A DNA stretch of 64,000 nucleotides from an uncultured delta proteobacterium (GCA_963840855.1 CAWJBB010000081.1:1-64000), one strand, 5' to 3'; shown: positions 49,507-60,710, counted from the stretch's first letter. Notes: generated by a model from the sequence alone, not told the origin. Made by a program: numbers and translations.

Positions 49507-50906
49507 TGCCCCTCGTAAGACGAGGGCGAGAGTCTCTTTCCCGGGCTCTCGCGTCGCTGCGTCACCGTAATTACCGTTTGCTCTTTATTGGCACGAGCCT
49601 GTCTCATGTCGGTGATTTCGTCCAGGCCATGGCGCAAAGCTGGCTGGTCTGGAAGATGACCGGCTCACCGTTTCTACTGGGCGTGGTTGGATTCTGCCAA
49701 GCAGTGCCACGTCTTCTTCTAGGCGCCGTCGGCGGCGCCATCGTCGATCGCTTGGAGCGGCGCCGGCTGATGCTGTGGACCCAAGGCTTGGCGATGGCGC
49801 AGGCATTTAGTTTCTGGGCCCTGGTTTATTTCGACTTAATTCAATTCTGGCATGTCCTCGTACTGGTTTTGTTCCTAGGGACCGTAAACTCGCTCAATCA
49901 GACTGCACGCCACTCGCTGATCAACGGCTTGGTCCCGCGTGAGGAATTGATGAATGCCATCGCTCTTAATTCATCGGTGGCAAATTTTGCCAAGATTATC
50001 GGCCCATCTTTGGGTGGCGTGCTTATTAGCATCATCGGCGTCGCCGGCTGCCTGTTCGTCAACGCCGTAAGCTTTTTCGCGATCATCGTGACCCTCGTCG
50101 TCATGGATTTTTCCACGGCTCGCGGCAAGACAAAAGAGGAAGCGACGTTTTGGCAGGAAGTTGCCGAAGGCTATCGCTTCGTGCGTGGCCAGCGCCGGCT
50201 TTCCTCGATTATTCTATTGACCTATGGCATCGCTCTGGTCGGGTCGCCTTATTCTCGCTTTCTGCCGGTCTTCGCCACCGATGTATTGCATGCCGGGCCA
50301 TCGACTTTCGGGTTGCTGCTGGCGGCGCCTGGAATTGGCGCTGTTATCGCTGGACTCGGGATTGCCTCCTTGACCAGGTTGCGCCGGCGCATGCATTTTG
50401 TCGCGATGAGCGTCTATGCCTTTTCCCTGGCTCTGATTCTATTTTCATTTTCTCGTTCCCTTCCTCTATCCATGATGTTTTTGGTCCTGGTCGGCGCCAG
50501 CAATATTGCCATTCGCTCCGTGTCCAACGGCATTGTCCAGATGGAGACTCCGCCCCATTTATTGGGCCGAATCCTCAGTCTATTTTTCATGGATAAAGGG
50601 CTTTGGTCCTTGGGTACGCTTTTTATCGGTACCGTCGCGCACTTGTTTGGAACGCCGCGGGCGATCACAATTGCCGGCATTGCCTGCGCCCTGGCGGCGT
50701 CGGCGCTGTTGTATCAGCAACGGCCGGCACCGGGAAATCCCGCAGACGGAAAACTTAGAGCGCCACGTCGCGAAGTAGCCGCGCCGCGTCTTCGGGCGCA
50801 AGCGGATTCATATAGCAACCCGATCCCCACTCAAACCCGGCGAAATGGTGCAGCTTGGGTAAAATCTCCAGGTGCCAATGATAATGATCATTCTCAGGCT
50901 CGTTGA
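49506..50906 (+). CDS. MFS transporter (MFS_3/EntS-like); 3' end overlaps galT by about 150 nt
   Basis: SLRHRNYRL, GGAIVDRLERRRL, NAIALNS; the tail after about 50755 may be an artefact. Confidence 0.85.
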   Translation: MPLVRRGRESLSRALASLRHRNYRLLFIGTSLSHVGDFVQAMAQSWLVWKMTGSPFLLGVVGFCQAVPRLLLGAVGGAIVDRLERRRLMLWTQGLAMAQAFSFWALVYFDLIQFWHVLVLVLFLGTVNSLNQTARHSLINGLVPREELMNAIALNSSVANFAKIIGPSLGGVLISIIGVAGCLFVNAVSFFAIIVTLVVMDFSTARGKTKEEATFWQEVAEGYRFVRGQRRLSSIILLTYGIALVGSPYSRFLPVFATDVLHAGPSTFGLLLAAPGIGAVIAGLGIASLTRLRRRMHFVAMSVYAFSLALILFSFSRSLPLSMMFLVLVGASNIAIRSVSNGIVQMETPPHLLGRILSLFFMDKGLWSLGTLFIGTVAHLFGTPRAITIAGIACALAASALLYQQRPAPGNPADGKLRAPRREVAAPRLRAQADSYSNPIPTQTRRNGAAWVKSPGANDNDHSQAR

Positions 50907-51753
50907 GAGGGTTGTTGTGGAAAAAATAATTGAGAGGCGGTTCATCGAAGCGCCGGCTCAGACGAATCAACGTCTCGCGCAACGAGCGCGCCAAGGCAAG
51001 GAAATCCGCTTTCGAACCAGATTCGAAACAAGATGAATGGCGCTTCGGCAGAATCCATGTCTCACCGGCCACGCGGGACGCAAACGGACAAAAAACGATG
51101 AACCGATCGTTTTCCAAGACGATGCGCCGGCCGATTTCGCTCTCGCGCTGCGCGATGACACAATACACGCAGCGGCCGGCGGACGCGAAGTACTTCTTTC
51201 CTGCCTCGATCTCCTCGAGAGGCTCCTTTGGCACCATGGGCAACGCGGTGATTTGCGAATGGCCATGGGCCAGCGTTGCGCCGGCTTCGGCTCCTTGATT
51301 TTTGTAGATGAGCGCGTAACGCCAGCGCGGATCGCCGCGCCATTGCAGCAGCCGACGGCGGTAAGCGTGGAAAACAAGTTCGATATCCCTTTCGCCGAGC
51401 GCGGCCATGTCGATGACATGTTTTGGGCTTTCGATGACTACTTCATGCACGCCGGCGCCGTTCATCGAAATGTATGGGCCGTCGGTTCGTGGAGCCGCAA
51501 TTTGTTGATCTACTAGGGCGGGATATTTGTTGGGCACCACGCGCACCGACCAAATCGCTGCGCCGGGCCGGGCATCGCTATCAGTCAATACCAGCACTGG
51601 AGGCGGGGTCATGCTCTCATTGCCCGCGCAAAACGGACAAATGCCCAGATCCGCTGTGTAAACGCGCTCCGGCTTGCTTTGCGGCCGCTTGGCCCGTTCC
51701 GCCGCGATGATCACCCAGCGCTCGACCACGGGGTCTTTTCTAAATTCGGGCAT
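50755..51753 (-). CDS. galT: Galactose-1-phosphate uridylyltransferase
   Basis: MPEFRKDP, CPFCAGNE, NKYPAL, HEVVIES, GATLAHGHSQ. Confidence 0.92.
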   Translation of the reverse strand: MPEFRKDPVVERWVIIAAERAKRPQSKPERVYTADLGICPFCAGNESMTPPPVLVLTDSDARPGAAIWSVRVVPNKYPALVDQQIAAPRTDGPYISMNGAGVHEVVIESPKHVIDMAALGERDIELVFHAYRRRLLQWRGDPRWRYALIYKNQGAEAGATLAHGHSQITALPMVPKEPLEEIEAGKKYFASAGRCVYCVIAQRESEIGRRIVLENDRFIVFCPFASRVAGETWILPKRHSSCFESGSKADFLALARSLRETLIRLSRRFDEPPLNYFFHNNPLNEPENDHYHWHLEILPKLHHFAGFEWGSGCYMNPLAPEDAARLLRDVAL

Positions 51754-51777
51754 TGCCAAGAAAACCAGTCTTAACGC

Positions 51778-52389
51778 TTATGGATCAGCAGTGTTTTTTG
51801 GATAAAAATCTTTGGCGCAGAAATAAAACTCCGACGAGGCCCGCCGCGTCGCCTCGGGGCGTGTGCGCTCAACGACGCGGAAAGATTTTTTAAGCTCCAG
51901 AGTGAACCCATGGAGATCGTTGCTGACAAAGCTTTTGATCAAAAGGTTTCCAGCCGGTTTCAGAAGCCGCACGGCGACCCGAAGCGCTGTTTGGTTAAGC
52001 TCGAGGCAGCGCGCGCTGTCCGCATCGCGGATGCCGCTTAGCTTCGGCGCGAGGTCGGATATGACGCAGTGGGCGGGCGCGGCCAGTAGATGTTCGATCT
52101 TTTGCCGGGTTTCGTCCGAGGTGATATCGCCCTGGACGACGATGATATTGGGCTCGCGAAACGCATCCATCGGTTGGAGATCGACGCCGATGACTCTACC
52201 CTTTGGGCCGACGATCTTGGCCGCTACCTGGAGCCAGCCGCCGGGAGCGGCGCCGAGATCGACGACCCAATCGCCGGGTTTCAATAATCGAAAGCGCTGC
52301 TGCAATTCGATTAGTTTGTACGCTGCCCGCGAGCGATAACCTTCTTGTTTGGCTCTTTTGTAGTAAGTGTCGTGAGGATTATAAGCCAT
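51778..52389 (-). CDS. rlmE: 23S rRNA Um2552 methyltransferase
   Basis: GYRSRAAYKL, DLGAAPGGW, SDLAP. Confidence 0.95.
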   Translation of the reverse strand: MAYNPHDTYYKRAKQEGYRSRAAYKLIELQQRFRLLKPGDWVVDLGAAPGGWLQVAAKIVGPKGRVIGVDLQPMDAFREPNIIVVQGDITSDETRQKIEHLLAAPAHCVISDLAPKLSGIRDADSARCLELNQTALRVAVRLLKPAGNLLIKSFVSNDLHGFTLELKKSFRVVERTRPEATRRASSEFYFCAKDFYPKNTADP

Positions 52390-52413
52390 GGCGCAACAAT
52401 AGCGCGACGGGAC

Positions 52414-52450
52414 AAAAAAAAAGGCCCAGCCTGCGAACAGGCCGGGCCCT
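52414..52450 (-). terminator. Intrinsic terminator after the OmpA-family gene
   Basis: A9-GGCCCAGCCTG-loop-CAGGCCGGGCC (hairpin plus U-run on the minus strand). Confidence 0.8.
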
Positions 52451-52472
52451 AGATCGGAAACATCAGTTCTCT

Positions 52473-53229
52473 TTATTGGGCCGCTTTTACTTGAAACTCG
52501 ACTCGGCGATTCACCGCATGCGCCCAGGGGCTATCCTGGCTGACCATGGGCTTGCTTTCGCCCAAGCTTGCGGTCGACATTTTGCCCGCATCGACGCCGA
52601 AAACGGTGAGTTCCTTCATAATCGCATCGGCGCGCCGCATGCCGAGTTTTTGATTATATTCATCCGTGCCGACGCTATCGGTGTGGCCTTCGATGACGAT
52701 AGTGACGTCGCTCTGATCCTTGTAGCGCTGGGCGGCCAGGTAGACTTGGCCTTTGCCAAGATCGGTCAGCTCAGCTGAATCGAAATGAAAAGCAACGCCG
52801 GGGAAAATCACGCGCTCGACTTCCACGACTTTCGGAACTTCAACGACTCTCTCGACGGGCACCTCGACGACCTTCACCAGTTCACCCGCGGGCATCGCGG
52901 CGACTTGCTTAGGTCCGGATTGCAGCTTGCTTTAGCGGAACCTTTTTGGCCATGCCAAAATCGTAAAGCGGCTGCGGTTCCGTGAGCAGCGGTGGGTGCG
53001 GCCGATGGCCGAAGAAGTATTCAGTTCCTTCGGTCGCGCTGACCAGAAAGTGAAATGGCCGCAAAAACAGCCACTCGGTAATCACGCCGAATGGGTTCAA
53101 CAAATAGGCGGCGATTCTGAAAGGATTCGACTGGCTTTCGTCATATTCATCCGGAGCGGCAAAACCGGATTTGGGTGTAAGAGACAAACAAACAACAAAC
53201 GCGAAAACTATAACTATCGAGCGCTTCAT
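52473..53229 (-). CDS. OmpA-family protein with an uncharacterised N-terminal domain (frameshift near 52920)
   Basis: Signal peptide and DEYDESQSNPFRIAAY domain, then VAFHFDSAEL, IEGHTDSVG..YNQKLGMRRA, NRRVEF. Confidence 0.8.
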
Positions 53230-53432
53230 AGAGTCTCCTTTTAAATCTGACCTGTAGTGTAGAGCCTGACTCTTGGGATGTCAAACTTATCTTATAATCG
53301 GCGGCTGAGGTTGAAAGTAAAGCGCCGCCGGACTAGAAAAGAAAACCAGGGATAACGAGGGAGCAGGTGGGAAGTTAGAGGCGGCGCATCCTATAAAAAT
53401 GCGGGCACCAATGCCAGAAAATCATTGAAAAT

Positions 53433-54194
53433 ATGAGCGTGAGGCTTGAAAAATCAGAGCGGGTGATTTCAATCACCCTGGATCATCCGCCGCTCAATAT
53501 CATGGATATCTCCCTGTTGCGCGAACTCGATGCGGTCTTGAGCACCTGTGCAAGCGACCCGGCCGCGGATCTTGTGGTGCTCCGCGGCGCCGGCGAGCGC
53601 GCTTTTTCCGCGGGCGTCGATATCAAGGATCACAGCCGCGAAAAAGTACCGGAGATGCTCGAAGTCGTGCATGGAGCGCTGCGCAAGTTGTTGGCGTTAC
53701 CGCAAGTCACGATTGCCCGGGTCCAGGGCGTCTGTCTTGGCGGCGGCTGCGAGTTGGCGAGCTGCTGCGATTTCATTCTTGCGGCGGAGAACAGTTCTTT
53801 TGCCACGCCCGAGATTCTAGTTGGCTGTTACCCGCCGGTGGCATTGGCGCGCTTTTCATCCCTCATCGGCTACCGGCGTGCCGCCGACCTGATTCTCACG
53901 GGCAGGAGTATTTCCGCCGAGGAAGCCCTTTCGATGGGACTGATCAGCCGCGTTGCGCCGCAGGGGCAGTTGGAAACGGCCCTCGCGGCACTGCTAGACG
54001 AGCTTCTTGGCAAGAGCGGTGCGGTTTTGCGCGTCACGTTGAAGGGGCTACGCGAATTGTCCCTGCGCGGTTTTGCCGATGCGCTCCAACGGTCGGAACA
54101 AATTTACTGTGATGAGCTGCTCAAGACGGAAGATGTCGAAGAGGGGGTCCGCGCCTTTCTCGCCAAACGCAAACCGCGCTGGACGCATCGCTAG
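53433..54194 (+). CDS. Enoyl-CoA hydratase/isomerase family protein
   Basis: PPLNI, AFSAGVDI, CLGGGCELA, PEI, EEGVRAFLAKRKP. Confidence 0.9.
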   Translation: MSVRLEKSERVISITLDHPPLNIMDISLLRELDAVLSTCASDPAADLVVLRGAGERAFSAGVDIKDHSREKVPEMLEVVHGALRKLLALPQVTIARVQGVCLGGGCELASCCDFILAAENSSFATPEILVGCYPPVALARFSSLIGYRRAADLILTGRSISAEEALSMGLISRVAPQGQLETALAALLDELLGKSGAVLRVTLKGLRELSLRGFADALQRSEQIYCDELLKTEDVEEGVRAFLAKRKPRWTHR

Positions 54195-54266
54195 GCCGAA
54201 TGAATTTCCCAAATTGCTATCGAATAGTAAGCCTGTATGGTCGCGAGCAGTGGGGCTGCACTGGCG

Positions 54267-54716
54267 TTACCCGGCTAACTGCTTCTTGATGTTTTCGACG
54301 AACTCCTTGAGCATCGCGTCCGCTTTCTTGCGGATGATCGGCTGGCCGAATTCGCCGATTTTGCCCAATATATTCACATCGGTTTCGACCAGCAGCTCGG
54401 TCTGATTGGGGCCGAGTTGTTTGAGCGTCATACTCGTCTTGCCATTGACTGCGCCGGCTGCCATACGGTCCTTGGCTTCGGCGCGCAGCGCCGCGCGCCA
54501 GTCGGCCTTGTTCTGCTCTTCGAGAATGATCTTTCCTTGCAGGTTTAATTTGATCGGGCCGACGCGCACCACCAATGCTCCCTCGTAAGTGGTGTCGTCG
54601 ATCTTGCTGACCGATTCCACCCCTGGCAGCGATTTCGCCACTTTGGGCACGTCCATGAGAAATTCCCAGAGAGGCTCCCGGGCAACGGGAATCTGGGCGC
54701 TCTGGGAAAATTTCAC
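54267..54716 (-). CDS. coxG: CoxG / SRPBCC family protein
   Basis: LWEFLMD, VRVGPI, GKIGEFGQPII. Confidence 0.85.
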   Translation of the reverse strand: MKFSQSAQIPVAREPLWEFLMDVPKVAKSLPGVESVSKIDDTTYEGALVVRVGPIKLNLQGKIILEEQNKADWRAALRAEAKDRMAAGAVNGKTSMTLKQLGPNQTELLVETDVNILGKIGEFGQPIIRKKADAMLKEFVENIKKQLAG

Positions 54717-55663
54717 CTGCGGCTCCGTTTCTTGGCTGCTTTCTTTGTAGCTTTTTTCTTGGCCTTCGGCTTGGCGGAGGCCCTGACTCTGGCCTGCTGC
54801 CGGATATCGCCGAGAGCTTTTTCCAGTGCCCGGCGCACAAAGACCGCAGCCATTTCCTTTTTGTAGCCCGCCGAACCCCGGAAGTCGCTAATGGGGTCCA
54901 CGGCTTCTTTGGCTTTCTCGCCGGCTTCGGCGAAGGCTTCCGCCTTGACCGGTTGTCCGCGCAGGACAGCTTCCGCCGCCGTGGCACGGATCGGCGTCGT
55001 GCCGACGCTGCCCAGTGCGATGCGCACGTCATTGATGGTCTTCAGATTTTTGTCCAGCGTCAATACCGCGGCGGCGGAAACGGTAGCGTAATCGTCCGCC
55101 GTGCGCGGCAAGAATTTTAAATAGGCCGCGCCCGTGTTGGGCGCGAGCTTGGGAACAAAAAGCTCGGTGAGAATCTCGTCGGGATTGAGCACGGTTTCAT
55201 AATAATCGGTGAAAAACGCGTCCAGGGGGAGCACGCGGCTGCCATTGGCCGAGGTCGCCTTTACCGTGGCGCCGAGGGCGATCAAGGTCGGCGGCGGGTC
55301 TTGATTAGGATCGGCATGGGCCAAGCCGCCGCCCACGGTGGCCATATTGCGCACGCGGATGGTGGCGACGTGATGGAAGGTCTCCGCCAGCACTGGCAGG
55401 CGCCGGCGCACCAGCGAAGAGCTTTCGACTGCGCGGTGGGTGGCCAAGCCGCCGATGCTTATGCCGCCGTCTTTGACTTCGATGCCGTTAAAGCCGCGCA
55501 CCGAACGCAGGCTGACCAGGCAGCTCGGGCGCACCAGCCGCTGCTTCATCATGATCACCAGCGCCGTGCCGCCGGCAATGAGCTTCGCGTCGGGGCCGAA
55601 TTCCTGCAACGAGGCGTGAACTTCCTTGAGATTTTTTGGCGTGCGGTATTCAAAAGGTATCAT
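54713..55663 (-). CDS. coxM: Xanthine/CO dehydrogenase family FAD-binding (medium) subunit
   Basis: AGGTAL, VRNMATVGGGLAHADP, PISDFRGSAGYK. Confidence 0.9.
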   Translation of the reverse strand: MIPFEYRTPKNLKEVHASLQEFGPDAKLIAGGTALVIMMKQRLVRPSCLVSLRSVRGFNGIEVKDGGISIGGLATHRAVESSSLVRRRLPVLAETFHHVATIRVRNMATVGGGLAHADPNQDPPPTLIALGATVKATSANGSRVLPLDAFFTDYYETVLNPDEILTELFVPKLAPNTGAAYLKFLPRTADDYATVSAAAVLTLDKNLKTINDVRIALGSVGTTPIRATAAEAVLRGQPVKAEAFAEAGEKAKEAVDPISDFRGSAGYKKEMAAVFVRRALEKALGDIRQQARVRASAKPKAKKKATKKAAKKRSRR

Positions 55664-55673
55664 GGCTTTATCC

Positions 55674-56141
55674 TTACTTTGCGAATTGATGCGCCTTCTC
55701 GATCGACTCGATGATCTTATAATAACCGGTGCAGCGGCACAGGTTGCCCATCATCCAGTCTTTGATCTCTTCTTCGTTAGGCTTCGGATTCTGTTCCAGC
55801 AAGGCGGTGGCCGCCACAACCTGGCCCGGCGTGCAAATGCCGCATTGGAAGCCGCCGTACTGGATGAAGCTCTTCTGCACCGGATTCAGTTCGCCGTTCT
55901 TGGCGAGCCCTTCGACGGTGGTGATATCGTGGCCATCGGCAAATACCGCCAACTCCAGGCAGGAACTCACCATGTCGCCGTCCATCAGCACGGTGCAGGC
56001 GCCGCACACGCCGACGCTGCAACCTTCCTTGGTGCCCGTGAGTCCCAGATCATAACGCAAACAGTCGATCAAAAGACGGTTCGTGGGGACCTCCAGTTCA
56101 TGCTTTTTTCCGTTGACGCGAAACTTGATCTTCTTGTTCAT
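55674..56141 (-). CDS. coxS: Xanthine/CO dehydrogenase family (2Fe-2S) small subunit
   Basis: GTKEGCSVGVCGACTV, QCGICTPG, GNLCRCTGY. Confidence 0.93.
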   Translation of the reverse strand: MNKKIKFRVNGKKHELEVPTNRLLIDCLRYDLGLTGTKEGCSVGVCGACTVLMDGDMVSSCLELAVFADGHDITTVEGLAKNGELNPVQKSFIQYGGFQCGICTPGQVVAATALLEQNPKPNEEEIKDWMMGNLCRCTGYYKIIESIEKAHQFAK

Positions 56142-56234
56142 CGCCGTTCCTTTCTCAGAATATTTCAGTTTGCTAGTTGGCGCGCGATCTGCCAAAACTC
56201 ATAGGGGTTTCTTATAGAAAGAAATGCCATAAAC

Positions 56235-56250
56235 TGCAAGCCAAATTCCA
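56235..56250 (-). promoter_or_regulatory. Possible sigma54 promoter for coxSMG
   Basis: Minus strand TGGAATTTGGCTTGCA, GG-N10-GC, about 95 nt upstream of the coxS ATG. Confidence 0.5.
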
Positions 56251-56255
56251 CTCCC

Positions 56256-56927
56256 ATGGCGGAAATATTCACGAGCCTGCTAAGACGGCGAGGAGACAGG
56301 ATTTGGCGCGCCATCCACGGCCATGCGTTTCTGCGCGAGCTGCATGCCGGCGCGCTGGCAAAAGAACGTTTCACCTACTTCATCCTGCAAGACTATCTTT
56401 ACTTATTGGACTTCGCCCAGGTGCTCTGCCTGGGCGGCGCGAAATCACCCGATCTCGCGACGTTGGAGATTTTTGCCCGCCATGCCCTCGCGGCGGTGGA
56501 AGTCGAGCGCAGCTTCCACGCAAGTTTCGGCAAGACGCTGGGTTTTTCACAAAAGCAATTGGACGCCACAAATAAGGGGCCGGTGACCCAGGCCTATATC
56601 GATCATCTGCAAGCGGTAGCGCGCGGCGGGCGCCTGGGTGAGCTTGTCGCGGCGGTGCTTCCCTGCTATTGGATTTACGGCGAGGTAGGCAAGCAGCTTT
56701 ACAAAGGCCGCCCGCGGGAGCCGAAAATCTACCGCCAGTGGATCGAGCTTTACGCTTCGGCGGAATTTTGGCGGCCCGTGCGCGAACAGATGCGCTTGAT
56801 GGATCGGCTGGGCGCGCAGGCGAGCTCCACTGAAAGGCGCTTGATGACTGCGCATTTCTTGCTCAGTAGCCGGTATGAGTATCTTTTTTGGGACCAGGCC
56901 TACCGAATGGAGCAATGGCGAATTTGA
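56256..56927 (+). CDS. tenA: Thiaminase II / TenA
   Basis: FILQDYLYL, VLPCYWIYGEVG, WIELY, YEYLFWDQAY. Confidence 0.9.
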   Translation: MAEIFTSLLRRRGDRIWRAIHGHAFLRELHAGALAKERFTYFILQDYLYLLDFAQVLCLGGAKSPDLATLEIFARHALAAVEVERSFHASFGKTLGFSQKQLDATNKGPVTQAYIDHLQAVARGGRLGELVAAVLPCYWIYGEVGKQLYKGRPREPKIYRQWIELYASAEFWRPVREQMRLMDRLGAQASSTERRLMTAHFLLSSRYEYLFWDQAYRMEQWRI

Positions 56928-56965
56928 AAGATAATCGAGCGGCATAAAAAACACTAGGAGGAGAC

Positions 56966-57382
56966 ATGATCAAACTAACCGACGAAATGCGTAACATGAT
57001 TGATCCCGCGCTCGCCAACGGCTGTCCATGCATTTTGGCGAGCGTGTCGGGCGATGGCGAGCCGGATATCGGCTACAAGGGGAGCATGATGGTCTTCGAC
57101 GACGGGTCCCTCGCTTACTGGGAGCGCACCCGGCGCCAGCATCTAAAGAATGTTAAGGAAAATTCCAACGTGATCGTGCTTTTCCGCGACGCCAAGACCC
57201 GGGTCGGCCTGCGCTTTCACGGTAAGGCCGAAGTGCACGAACAAGGCGCGTTGCGCGACCAGGTGATGGCCAAAACGGTAAAGGACGAACTCGACAAGGA
57301 CCCGGAGCGCAAAGGAGCGGCTGTGATTATCCGCCTCGACCGCGTGACCAACATGGCCGGGCAGGTATTGCAGTCGCGCTAA
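56966..57382 (+). CDS. Pyridoxamine 5'-phosphate oxidase-like FMN-binding protein
   Basis: GEPDIGYKGS, LAYWER, LRFHGKAE; AGGAGG RBS. Confidence 0.8.
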   Translation: MIKLTDEMRNMIDPALANGCPCILASVSGDGEPDIGYKGSMMVFDDGSLAYWERTRRQHLKNVKENSNVIVLFRDAKTRVGLRFHGKAEVHEQGALRDQVMAKTVKDELDKDPERKGAAVIIRLDRVTNMAGQVLQSR

Positions 57383-57390
57383 GCGCGCCC

Positions 57391-57509
57391 GTTCAAGGTT
57401 CAAGGGTTCAAACGCTTCCGCTGTTCAAGGTTCAATGTTCAAAGTTCAAGGAGGGATGGGTCGTTGAACCTTAGAACCGCGCCGACGGCGCCACTTTGAA
57501 CCTTGAACT
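57391..57509. repeat. Tandem GTTCAAN 7-mers with inverted TTGAAC copies between convergent genes
   Basis: Seven GTTCAA copies (57391-57450), then three TTGAAC and one TAGAAC (57464-57509). Confidence 0.8.
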
Positions 57510-57539
57510 GGCTAAATCCGTCGACGTAATAATGACTGC

Positions 57540-58787
<1,248 letters not shown>

Positions 58788-58809
58788 TCAAAGCAAAGGA
58801 GGGCGTCTT

Positions 58810-59427
58810 ATGTTTGTCGAAATGCGCACTTATTTACTTAAGCCGGGCGCTACGGCGGGCTTCGAGGAACGTTTTACGGAAGGTCTTTCAGCGCGGGCGA
58901 AAATTTCGCCCTTTGGGGGACTATGGAAATCGGAGGTCGGCGGGCTGAACAGGGTCGTGCATATGTGGCCCTATGAGAGCTTTGAGGACCGAGAGCGAAT
59001 TGCCGGGGAGGCCAGGAAAACCGGCAAGTGGCCACCCAAGACCCAGGAATTCATCATCGAGCAAGAAAACCGGATTATTCAACCGGCGCCGTTTTCTCCA
59101 CCTCTGGAACCGCGGTCGATAGGGAACACCTACGAGTTCCGAATGTATACCTATCAGCCGGGCACCATGCCCACGGTGCTCGAACGGTTTGGCGAGGTTA
59201 TGCCGAGGCGCACGAAGGTATCACCGCTGGTGTTCGCGGGGCATACGCTTATCGGACCGCTCAATCAGTATATTCACGTCTGGGCATACAAAGACGGCGG
59301 TGAGCGCGACCGCTTGCGGGCGGAAGCATCGAAGAGCGTCGCAGGCTGGCCGCCGCAGACCCGAGAATTTATCGTCAAGCAGGAAAACATGGTGATGGTA
59401 CCCTGTGCTTGCTCGCCGATGAAGTAA
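58810..59427 (+). CDS. NIPSNAP family protein (two domains)
   Basis: EMRTYLLKPG..GGLNRVVHMWPY and EFRMYTYQPG..GPLNQYIHVWAY. Confidence 0.88.
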   Translation: MFVEMRTYLLKPGATAGFEERFTEGLSARAKISPFGGLWKSEVGGLNRVVHMWPYESFEDRERIAGEARKTGKWPPKTQEFIIEQENRIIQPAPFSPPLEPRSIGNTYEFRMYTYQPGTMPTVLERFGEVMPRRTKVSPLVFAGHTLIGPLNQYIHVWAYKDGGERDRLRAEASKSVAGWPPQTREFIVKQENMVMVPCACSPMK

Positions 59428-59570
59428 GCAAATAAGATTGCCTTGGATTCGCGAAAAGAGGTAAGGCACACAATGCTTTGCCTCTTTTCTTTTTCGGGAT
59501 TCAGTTTTCATGGTTTCCGCGCGGGGCGCTAGCTCTGCGAAAAATTTTCCGCTACACCATTTTCAGGTCC

Positions 59571-60686
59571 ATGATCTACAAATCGCTCATTCGTCCCTGG
59601 CTCTTTCGCAAAGACCCCGAACAGAGCCATGAGGCAATCTTGGCTCTGCTTTCCCATCTGGAATTTCTCTATGGCATCATCGAGGCTTTCTACAAGGTCG
59701 AGGACGAACGCCTGAAGATTAGGTTGGGGCCGTTGACGTTGCCAAACCCGGTGGGGCTGGCCGCCGGCTTCGATAAGAACGCCGTGGCGGCGAAAATGAT
59801 TTCCGCTTTTGGTTTCGGCTTCATGGAAGTGGGCGCGATCACGGCCCGAGCGCAGCCCGGCAATCCCAAGCCGCGGCTTTACCGGCTGCCGGAGGATCTC
59901 GCGCTGATTAACCGCCTGGGTTTCAATAATGAAGGCGTCGAGGCGATCGCCAGCAGGCTCCACCACCTGCGCGCGCGCGGTGACAGGCCTCAGATACCGC
60001 TAGGCATGAACATCGGGCGGAGCAAGAACGTCGACACCAAGGATGCCGTGCCGGACTTTCTTTCTTGTTTTGAAAAACTATTCCCGCACGGCGACTTTTT
60101 TACCCTGAACGTCAGCTCGCCGAACACGCCTCATCTGCGCGATCTGCAGGAAAGAAATTTGCTGCACGAGTTGTCATCGGCGGTACAGGAGAAAAACCAC
60201 GCACTGGCGAAGCGCGCCAAGATTGCCGCGAAACCGGTGTTCGTGAAGATCGCTCCTGACATGGAGTTTTCCCAGGTCGATGAAATCATCGAAGTCGTCG
60301 ACGCGGTGAAACTTAACGGCATAGTAGCGACCAATGCCACCGCCTTTATGCGCGACAAACTGAAGTCGATTCATGGGCCGGAGCCCGGCGGGCTAAGCGG
60401 CAGGCCAATTACCGCGATGGTGACGTCGTTTATCGCGCATATTTACAAGATCACGCGGGGCCGGGTGCCGATCATCGGTGTCGGCGGTATTTTCAATGCC
60501 GAGGATGCCTACGAGAAAATCAAAGCGGGGGCCAATGCCGTGCAGATCTATACCGGCTGGGTCTACGAAGGGCCTGGAGCCGTGAAGCGGATCAATCAGG
60601 GATTGCTCAGGTTGCTCAAGCGGGATGGGCTAAAACATATCTCAGAGGCGGTGGGCGAAGGCAATCAACACAACTGTTCTGACTGA
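59571..60686 (+). CDS. pyrD: Quinone-dependent dihydroorotate dehydrogenase
   Basis: NPVGLAAGFDKN, INRLGFNN, NVSSPNT, KIAPD, GGLSG. Confidence 0.96.
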   Translation: MIYKSLIRPWLFRKDPEQSHEAILALLSHLEFLYGIIEAFYKVEDERLKIRLGPLTLPNPVGLAAGFDKNAVAAKMISAFGFGFMEVGAITARAQPGNPKPRLYRLPEDLALINRLGFNNEGVEAIASRLHHLRARGDRPQIPLGMNIGRSKNVDTKDAVPDFLSCFEKLFPHGDFFTLNVSSPNTPHLRDLQERNLLHELSSAVQEKNHALAKRAKIAAKPVFVKIAPDMEFSQVDEIIEVVDAVKLNGIVATNATAFMRDKLKSIHGPEPGGLSGRPITAMVTSFIAHIYKITRGRVPIIGVGGIFNAEDAYEKIKAGANAVQIYTGWVYEGPGAVKRINQGLLRLLKRDGLKHISEAVGEGNQHNCSD

Positions 60687-60710
60687 ACGGGTTTGAATCA
60701 GCGTAAGGCG

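Noticed and set aside
54267-56141. Aerobic CO oxidation
   Set aside because: Substrate depends on the large subunit, which is absent here.
57391-57509. GTTCAA arrays as CRISPR
   Set aside because: Units are 7-9 nt with no unique spacers and no cas genes.
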